Assembly: GCA_039795775.1 (NCBI GenBank)
Contig: JBDKLC010000005.1
Span: 185,624 to 249,623 of the forward strand
From: Candidatus Parcubacteria bacterium
Lineage (GTDB): Bacteria; Patescibacteriota; Minisyncoccia; Phycocordibacterales; CAIZLB01
Length of the DNA: 64,000 nt
Direction: 5' to 3'
This document shows positions 57,454-64,000 of this stretch, piece after piece. The stretch's first letter is position 1; each line of letters opens with the position of its first letter. Both the position numbers and the translations under genes were made by a program. Under the pieces are notes generated by a model. It had not been told where the DNA came from, made no database searches, and worked only from the letters and a program-made list of their open reading frames with translations.

Positions 57454-59367
57454 ATGAAAAAATACTCAAAAAAATATTGGATTATTGCGGTAGTACTTAT
57501 CGGAGTATTCCTGTTGAGTTTTTGTTCATATTATTTTCATTTATTTGAAACTCTTCAAAATAAATTCACTGATCGTTTATTCTTGAAACGTCAGCCTTCG
57601 CAACATATTGTGATAGTTGCAATTGATGAGCAAAGTCTTGCGCAAATAGGGAAGTGGCCCTGGAGTCGTGATGTGTTTGCAAAAGTGATCCCGCAATTCG
57701 ACGCTTCTAAGGCTGTTGGATTTGATATTAATTTTTCCGAATCTTCATCTCTCTCTAATAATGGTGTAGACGCAGACAAAATACTTGCCCAAGCATTGGC
57801 TAGTTCAAATTCGGAAATATTCCTACCAATTCAACTGAGAGCTGACGGTGTAGTAGAAGTCGCTCCGCTTTCTCTCTTGGCTGAACATGCAAAGCTTGGG
57901 TATGTAAATGTTCTTGTAGATTCAGACAATACTGTTCGCTCGCTCATTCACTCAAGATCGGGAGCTACAAGCTTTTCATCTCTTTTCGCACCATCGCAAG
58001 CTATCACTTCTGAGCCTCAAATCATCAATTACACCGGACCGGCAAAAACTATTCTCACAGTTTCATTCGTAGACGTGTTGAATAAGAAAATACCACCAAG
58101 TATTTTTAAAGACGCAAACGTCCTCATTGGTGTAACAGCAAATGATTTGCACGATGTTCTCAATACTCCCTTTGGTCTCATGCCTGGAGTAGAAGTTCAT
58201 GCAAATGCTCTTGAGACTTTAGCATCAGGCTCGGCGATTAAACCGGCATCCAAAGAAACAGCAGCAGCTAGTCTTGCTATTGTCATTCTCATAGGTGCAG
58301 CTATTGTCTTCTTATTCAAGAGATTTATATATATTATTGCAACGCTCATAGCACTTTTTGTTGGAATTATTGCTGCTACGTTTGTCTCATTTCAGTTGGG
58401 CATAATTTTACCAGCTGCATATATGCTCTTGGCGTTCTTACTAGGCTCTGTAAGTACACTCATATATCAATATGTTGTTGAATCAAAAGAAAAGCGATTT
58501 ATCCAAAAGACATTTCAATATTATTTAATGCCAGAAGTGATCAAGGAGATTATGGAGAATCCAAAAAAACTCTCACTTGGTGGGGAAAAGAAAAAACTTA
58601 CAATTCTTTTCTCAGACATTCGAGGATTCACAGCACTTTCAGAAAAACTGACAGCCGAAGAACTCGTGCATATTATCAACCAGTACTTTACTCGTATGAG
58701 TGATAGCATTATGGAGCATAGAGGGTTGGTAGATAAATACATTGGTGATGCAATTATGGCTTTTTGGGGAGCACCAATCGCCAATGAATCTCAGGCTGCT
58801 GACGCATGTCTCACTGCTCTCGCTATGTCTGCACAGCTCAAGAGCCTCAATGCTGCGTGGAAAGCCGCAGGAGTACCTGAAATAGGTATTGGTATCGGAC
58901 TCAACACAGGAGAGGTAATTGTAGGCAATATGGGAAGTGAAAAGCGGTTCAACTATACGATTATGGGAGATGAAGTGAATTTTGGCTCGCGACTTGAAGG
59001 TCTCAACAAAATGTACGGTACAGAATGTATTTTGAGTGAAGAAACAAAAAAGGCTGTCGAAGGTGATAGTCGTTTCGTTATTCGTGAACTTGATACTGTA
59101 ATGGTAAAAGGCAAGAAAGAACCAAAGAACATTTACGAGCTCATCACAGCTGAAGTGACTGATCCGTTTAAACAAGTGTTACCACTGTTTGCAGAAGGTT
59201 TAGATCTGTACAAGAAAGGGAATTTTAAGCAGGCTCTAGAAACCTTTAAAAAGGTCCTCGATACATATCCGGATGGACCAAGTCAGACATTTATGGAACG
59301 ATGTAACTATCTGATTGAACATCCACCTGAAGTATGGAACGGTGTATATGAATTTAAGACAAAATAA
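57454..59367 (+). CDS. CHASE2-domain class III adenylate/guanylate cyclase with C-terminal TPR
   Basis: IVIVAIDEQSL, WPWSR, PGVEVHA; FSDIRGFT, DKYIGDAIMAFW, YTIMGDEVNFGSRLEG motifs. Confidence 0.94.
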   Translation: MKKYSKKYWIIAVVLIGVFLLSFCSYYFHLFETLQNKFTDRLFLKRQPSQHIVIVAIDEQSLAQIGKWPWSRDVFAKVIPQFDASKAVGFDINFSESSSLSNNGVDADKILAQALASSNSEIFLPIQLRADGVVEVAPLSLLAEHAKLGYVNVLVDSDNTVRSLIHSRSGATSFSSLFAPSQAITSEPQIINYTGPAKTILTVSFVDVLNKKIPPSIFKDANVLIGVTANDLHDVLNTPFGLMPGVEVHANALETLASGSAIKPASKETAAASLAIVILIGAAIVFLFKRFIYIIATLIALFVGIIAATFVSFQLGIILPAAYMLLAFLLGSVSTLIYQYVVESKEKRFIQKTFQYYLMPEVIKEIMENPKKLSLGGEKKKLTILFSDIRGFTALSEKLTAEELVHIINQYFTRMSDSIMEHRGLVDKYIGDAIMAFWGAPIANESQAADACLTALAMSAQLKSLNAAWKAAGVPEIGIGIGLNTGEVIVGNMGSEKRFNYTIMGDEVNFGSRLEGLNKMYGTECILSEETKKAVEGDSRFVIRELDTVMVKGKKEPKNIYELITAEVTDPFKQVLPLFAEGLDLYKKGNFKQALETFKKVLDTYPDGPSQTFMERCNYLIEHPPEVWNGVYEFKTK

Positions 59368-59369
59368 AT

Positions 59370-59651
59370 ATGAATAAAATTTGGTTTAAAGCAAAGCGAT
59401 ACGGTTGGGGATGGACTCCTTCGACATGGGAAGGTTGGCTTTCTCTTGTTATTTTTATTGTGCTTCAGTTTGCAAATGCGAGACGCCTCGAAGTTGTATC
59501 TGAGTCTCCAAGCAATACTGTAGTTATATTTATTATTGAAACAATTGTACTTGTAGCTGCACTCATTGCCGTTTGTTATTGGAAAGGGGAGAAGCCATCA
59601 TGGCGCTGGGGTGATCGAGATGCAGGAAAAGATGATTTGAATAATACATAA
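59370..59651 (+). CDS. Conserved small membrane protein
   Basis: WFKAKRYGWGWTPSTWEGW ... KGEKPSWRWG. Confidence 0.75.
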   Translation: MNKIWFKAKRYGWGWTPSTWEGWLSLVIFIVLQFANARRLEVVSESPSNTVVIFIIETIVLVAALIAVCYWKGEKPSWRWGDRDAGKDDLNNT

Positions 59652-59655
59652 TACA

Positions 59656-60147
59656 ATGCGCTTCAAAAGCTTCAATAGTCTTCGAGCTATTATATATAAG
59701 CTCGGCTATCCTATTGCAAAGTCGGTCTGGTTTTTTACACGACCAACTACTCAGGGAGTAAAATGTTTGATAATTAAAAAAGGTGAACCCGCGACTTCGG
59801 GGAGTGATCAGCTGCTTCTTATTCGTCACACGTATGGAAAGGGTACATGGAACCTACCTGGTGGGGGAATAAAAAGAGATGAAGATCACGTAGAGGCAAT
59901 TAAACGTGAGGTGTTTGAAGAATTAGGAATCTGTCTTGAAGACACAAAGATACGTGCGGTTGGGTCCTTTTTTACAACAAGAGAATTTAAGAAAGATACA
60001 GTGTTTTGTTTTGCTGCAGAGGTGACAAATGAGTATTTTAAAATTGATGAGCATGAAATAGCTGAAGCAAAATGGTTTTCTCTGGATACTATACCTGATC
60101 ACACTTCAACAATAGTAGGAAAGATTCGGAAACTTTCTAGTGTTTGA
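59656..60147 (+). CDS. NUDIX hydrolase
   Basis: Nudix box LPGGGIKRDEDHVEAIKREVFEELG. Confidence 0.92.
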   Translation: MRFKSFNSLRAIIYKLGYPIAKSVWFFTRPTTQGVKCLIIKKGEPATSGSDQLLLIRHTYGKGTWNLPGGGIKRDEDHVEAIKREVFEELGICLEDTKIRAVGSFFTTREFKKDTVFCFAAEVTNEYFKIDEHEIAEAKWFSLDTIPDHTSTIVGKIRKLSSV

Positions 60148-60308
60148 TTTTGTACTATATTTGTAAACATATTCATATCTAGACTATATACGATAATGTG
60201 GCCTAATAAAGCCATGTTTTTCACACAATATACTTGATAATCCTGCAAGATGGGTGTAGAGTTTTAAATCGTCTGTTAGACATTTTATCTAAAGCTTATT
60301 ACCACATT

Positions 60309-61943
60309 ATGAAATCAATTTTGTCTGAAATGAAAGCAAACTGGAAAGCTGCTTTGTCCGTTGCTCTTATTAACATCCCGATGTCAATTTCTCTCGCTAT
60401 CGCCTCAGGTGTTGCACCTACAGTAGGTATCGTGACAGCCATTTGGGCAGGTCTCGTAGCAGCAATCTTTGGAGGAAGTCACTACAACGTTGTAGGACCA
60501 GCCGGAGCTCTCTCTGGTATCCTCGCCGGCTACTCACTCATTTTCGGTCCACAAATTCTTCCTGTTATTGCACTTATCACTGGCGTGATGGTGCTTATTA
60601 TTTGGGCGCTTCGATGGGATAGATACATTGTATTCATTCCTTCAAGTGTGGTGCACGGATTCACACTCTCTGTGGCTTTTGTAATCGGTCTTGGTCAGCT
60701 CAACTCAGCATTTGGTCTCAAGGGATTGATCAAACATGAAAAGTTTGTCGGAAATGTGGTGGAAACGCTCCGACACCTCGGTTCAACACACGCTCCAACA
60801 TTCATTCTTTTTATTATTGGTCTTGCCATGATGTTTGCTCTTTTCAAGTGGTTACCAAAGATTCCAAACTCAGTAGTAGTAGCACTCTTCGGTATTGCGG
60901 TTGGTGTTGTTGCATCAAAAGGCTACCTTCCATATGGATTCGAGACTATTCAGTCAAAGTATGGCGCTCTTTCTCTCAACCTTTTCTCAATGCCACACTT
61001 CACAAAAGAAATGTTTAGTATCGCAGTATTCAAAGCCATTCCACTTGTAGCTATTGTTGTTATTTTGGAAACACTCCTCAGTGCCAAGATTGCTGATGGT
61101 ATGACAAAGACACGATACAACCAAAAGAAAGAAGTATTTGGTATTGGTCTTGCCAACGTCGTATCAGGTCTCTTTGGTGGTTTGCCTGCAACTGGTGTAT
61201 TCGCTCGAACAGCTATGAATATCAAGAGTGGAGCCACATCTCGATACTCAGCTATTATGAACACTATTGTAGTAGCCATCGTCTCATTTTTCCTACTTCA
61301 GTACTTCTCATATTTACCAATGGCCATCGTTGCATCAATCCTCATTTACATTGCGCTCCGAATGGTTGCGTTGAAGCACTTCCAAAATCTCTACCGATTC
61401 GACAAGACTGCATTCATTCTTTCAATTGTAGTAGCCGTGCTTTCAATTGTGTATGACCCACTTATTGGTATTTTGCTTGGTTCAGGTGTATCACTCCTTA
61501 TCTTCATGAACTACATGTCAAAAGCTCAGTCAGAAGTATTGATTGGAAGTGCGCAAGGTGAAATGGAAAGACTTCGAGTGAACGACATCAACTTCGAGGA
61601 AGTAGGCGGGGACACAATGATCTATCGATTCGTAGGTGAGCTTAACTACATGAACGCCGAAACACACAAAACATTCCTTGTGAATCTCAAAGCTGATAAG
61701 TATGTCATTTTCAACTTTAAAAACCTCTTCTACATCGACATCGACGGTCTCGATGCTCTTGATGAAATCATTGAAGAACTCGAACTCCACGGTAAGCATG
61801 TGTATGTCTCTGGTCTTCCTCCAATCTTAGAAAGTCTTTTCCTTCAGAAAGCATGGTATCTCCGAAAGAAAGAACAAAAGCATGTATTTGAAGGGACAGC
61901 TGGCGCTCTTGATAAGATCACAAATGAATTTCCTAAAAATTAA
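60309..61943 (+). CDS. SulP-family anion transporter with STAS domain
   Basis: IPMSISLAIASG, GPAGAL, GGLPATGVFART, IDIDGLDAL motifs. Confidence 0.93.
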   Translation: MKSILSEMKANWKAALSVALINIPMSISLAIASGVAPTVGIVTAIWAGLVAAIFGGSHYNVVGPAGALSGILAGYSLIFGPQILPVIALITGVMVLIIWALRWDRYIVFIPSSVVHGFTLSVAFVIGLGQLNSAFGLKGLIKHEKFVGNVVETLRHLGSTHAPTFILFIIGLAMMFALFKWLPKIPNSVVVALFGIAVGVVASKGYLPYGFETIQSKYGALSLNLFSMPHFTKEMFSIAVFKAIPLVAIVVILETLLSAKIADGMTKTRYNQKKEVFGIGLANVVSGLFGGLPATGVFARTAMNIKSGATSRYSAIMNTIVVAIVSFFLLQYFSYLPMAIVASILIYIALRMVALKHFQNLYRFDKTAFILSIVVAVLSIVYDPLIGILLGSGVSLLIFMNYMSKAQSEVLIGSAQGEMERLRVNDINFEEVGGDTMIYRFVGELNYMNAETHKTFLVNLKADKYVIFNFKNLFYIDIDGLDALDEIIEELELHGKHVYVSGLPPILESLFLQKAWYLRKKEQKHVFEGTAGALDKITNEFPKN

Positions 61944-61974
61944 ATCAAATTAGTATAAAAAAGTAAGAAAGAGT

Positions 61975-62008
61975 AAACGCCGGCGCCCTGTAAAGGGGGC
62001 CGGCGTTT
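61975..62008. terminator. Bidirectional terminator
   Basis: aaacgccggc-gccctgtaaaggg-ggccggcgttt. Confidence 0.75.
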
Positions 62009-62029
62009 TAACGAGGAATGCAAGGATTC

Positions 62030-62344
62030 CTAGTAGTCTTCAGGGAGAAGGTGATCTCCTCGTTCTTCGGCGACGCGCTGTGCGTCGGCGTAGAGGGCAG
62101 CTCGGCTCATAGGAATTAAGCGTATTCCTTGAACTTGGCGTAGTGCTCTTGGTCTGGATACACGACCGCTACCTTGCAGGCGGCGTTTTTTGCCGCTGGC
62201 GAGGAGCTTTCCTACATCGGACATGAGTGTGCCGACTTGGATGCGTTCTTCGCGTGCGATTGGTAAGCAAACATCATAGAGTGAAGTGCCCTGACGTGCT
62301 GATTTGAAGGCTGCAGCAGCCTTTTCAACGATCGAACTGTTCAT
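62030..62344 (-). CDS. Hypothetical basic protein (orphan)
   Basis: GGAGG RBS before ATG 62344; TTTACA-N16-TATAAT upstream. Confidence 0.6.
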   Translation of the reverse strand: MNSSIVEKAAAAFKSARQGTSLYDVCLPIAREERIQVGTLMSDVGKLLASGKKRRLQGSGRVSRPRALRQVQGIRLIPMSRAALYADAQRVAEERGDHLLPEDY

Positions 62345-62619
62345 TGTCTGTTTTCCTCCGTGTTGTGGGTTGTGGTGTTCGGCGGGTGAGTGCCGAGAGA
62401 GTATTGACAAATCGTGAGATCTATCTGGAACTATATTATACCACTATAAATTTAGTTGTAAATAGCTGTAAAAAGGACTGTTTTCCACAGGCTGAGATCA
62501 AGATATGATCAAAACCAGACAAAGTAAAAAGTAGGAAAGATTCCTACTTTTTACTTAGATACATATTTATATGTGTAGTCTGGCTTAAACGCTGCAAAGC
62601 GATGCAAAACTATCCGAAA

Positions 62620-63075
62620 CTATGCAAACAATCCTTCTACCACAGCTTTCACATCAGCACCGTCAGCTTTGCCTTTAAGGTCTTTCATAAGAGCACTCAT
62701 GAATTTTCCTGTTTCAGATTTGTCTGTAATACCAAGCTCAGCTTTCTTTGCTTCTGCAATTTTCTGAATTTCTTCTCGAGACATCATCTGAGGGAGATAC
62801 GCTTCGAGTATAGAAAGTTCTTTCTTTTCATCTTCTGCGAGTTCTGGTCGGCCACCGGCAATGAATTGATCGATAGAATCTTTTCGCTGCTTAGCTGATC
62901 GTCGAATAACAGCGAGTGCTTCGTCGTCAGTGAGGGTATCCTGAGGAGTTCGGTTTGTCGCTACGAGCTCATTCATGAAAGCTGTAGTGAGACCTCGTAC
63001 TACAGTCAATTTGATAGCATCCTTTGCAAGCATTGCTTCCTTAATCTGGCCTTTAATCTGGTCGTGTAGAGACAT
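62620..63075 (-). CDS. GatB/YqeY domain protein
   Basis: KEAMLAKD, KQRKDSIDQF, YLPQMMS, LKGKADG motifs. Confidence 0.93.
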   Translation of the reverse strand: MSLHDQIKGQIKEAMLAKDAIKLTVVRGLTTAFMNELVATNRTPQDTLTDDEALAVIRRSAKQRKDSIDQFIAGGRPELAEDEKKELSILEAYLPQMMSREEIQKIAEAKKAELGITDKSETGKFMSALMKDLKGKADGADVKAVVEGLFA

Positions 63076-63108
63076 ATATTTGTTCGTATTTTTGATATAC
63101 TAATTCGT

Positions 63109-64000
63109 ATGACTAATAATTCGATACTGCTCATTGTAGCCTTTCTTTTCGTCGCTATCAACGTAGGGGCGTTTTTGTACATTATCAGACGTGATAAACG
63201 AAAAGAGGAACTGGCAGCTCTCGAAGCCCTCAAACCTCAAGATAATTCTGGTCTTCAGCTCCTTCTTCAGCAAATTAACGAGCTCAGTCGAACTGTCGAT
63301 GGTCGTATCAGCGACATGGCAAAGACAGTTGATAATAAATTGGGGGAAAGTTCAAAAAATATGCAGGAATCCTTCAGACACCAGACATCTGAATCATTCC
63401 AACTTCTCAAGGACGTAACAGAGCGAATCACAAAGCTCGATGAGACTAACAGACAAGTAGTGTCATTTGCAGATCAGCTCCAAAGTCTTCAGGATATTTT
63501 GAAGAATCCAAAACAGCGAGGAATTCTCGGTGAATATTATCTCGAAACACTTCTTAAGAACGTGCTTCCACCTGGTAGTTTTCAAATGCAATACGCGTTT
63601 AAGGATGCCACTATTGTCGATGCTGTTGTCATGGTAAAAGACAAGATCATTCCAGTTGACTCAAAGTTTAGTCTTGAGAACTACAATCGTCTCGCAGAAG
63701 AACGAGATCCGGTAGAGCGAGAGCGACTCGAAAAACTTTTTAAATCTGATCTCAAAAACCGAATCGACGAAACATCGAAGTACATTAAACCAGAAGAAAA
63801 TACTATGGAGTTCGCCTTCATGTTTATTCCGCACGAAGCCATTTACTATGATCTTCTCGTTGCTCAGGTAGGTTCTGTGAAAATTAATACACGAGACCTC
63901 ATCGAATATGCATTTAAAGAAAAGAGAGTGATTATCGTATCTCCAACATCATTCCTCGCGTATCTACAGACCGTGCTTCAAGGTCTCAAGGCCATGCAAA
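63109..64000 (+). CDS. rmuC: DNA recombination protein RmuC (runs off the window)
   Basis: Manual translation: TM, coiled coil, LKNPKQRGILGEYYLE, VDSKF, FAFMFIPHEAIY, VSPTSFLAYL. Confidence 0.93.
   Translation, partial: MTNNSILLIVAFLFVAINVGAFLYIIRRDKRKEELAALEALKPQDNSGLQLLLQQINELSRTVDGRISDMAKTVDNKLGESSKNMQESFRHQTSESFQLLKDVTERITKLDETNRQVVSFADQLQSLQDILKNPKQRGILGEYYLETLLKNVLPPGSFQMQYAFKDATIVDAVVMVKDKIIPVDSKFSLENYNRLAEERDPVERERLEKLFKSDLKNRIDETSKYIKPEENTMEFAFMFIPHEAIYYDLLVAQVGSVKINTRDLIEYAFKEKRVIIVSPTSFLAYLQTVLQGLKAMQ

Noticed and set aside
1-64000. Alternative genetic code (UGA = Gly, as in Gracilibacteria/Absconditabacteria)
   Set aside because: Conserved genes are full length under code 11 with no in-frame TGA, and TGA ends several ORFs.

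Overview
Chromosomal segment that looks like a Patescibacteria (CPR, probably Parcubacteria) genome. This is inferred from the compact proS without an editing domain, a shortened holB-like gene, a helicase-degenerate priA, two mreB paralogues and a minimal mraZ-rsmH-ftsL-ftsI cluster. It uses the standard code. Housekeeping blocks: mutS; hpf/fmt/def/priA; mreB-holB-frr-rseP-proS-mreB-mreC-(mreD)-pbp2-greA-lysS; mraZ-rsmH-ftsL-ftsI; sulP, yqeY, rmuC. They are interleaved with many accessory genes and two tRNAs (Asn-GTT, Glu-CTC). The most striking structure lies at the 3' side of tRNA-Asn (about 23.7-25.6 kb). It is an integrase-less tandem array of single-gene cassettes. Each cassette starts with a short peptide-coding arm conserved at protein level (LLALxDDFRTIDWAxEYPxP) and ends with a near-identical 63-bp hairpin-containing arm, and the last one abuts a duplicated tRNA 3' end and a nested-hairpin element. 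Other points of note: a LysRS with a C-terminal DUF2000-like domain; an ApbE/FMN-binding/RnfD-FNR flavinylation set; many genes with a -10 box only 6-8 nt before the ATG (apparently leaderless); a contrasting class of self-contained orphan units with full promoters, long hairpin or A/C-rich leaders and terminators; and several unannotated microproteins and gene scars. No CRISPR array, integrase, transposase or rRNA was seen.
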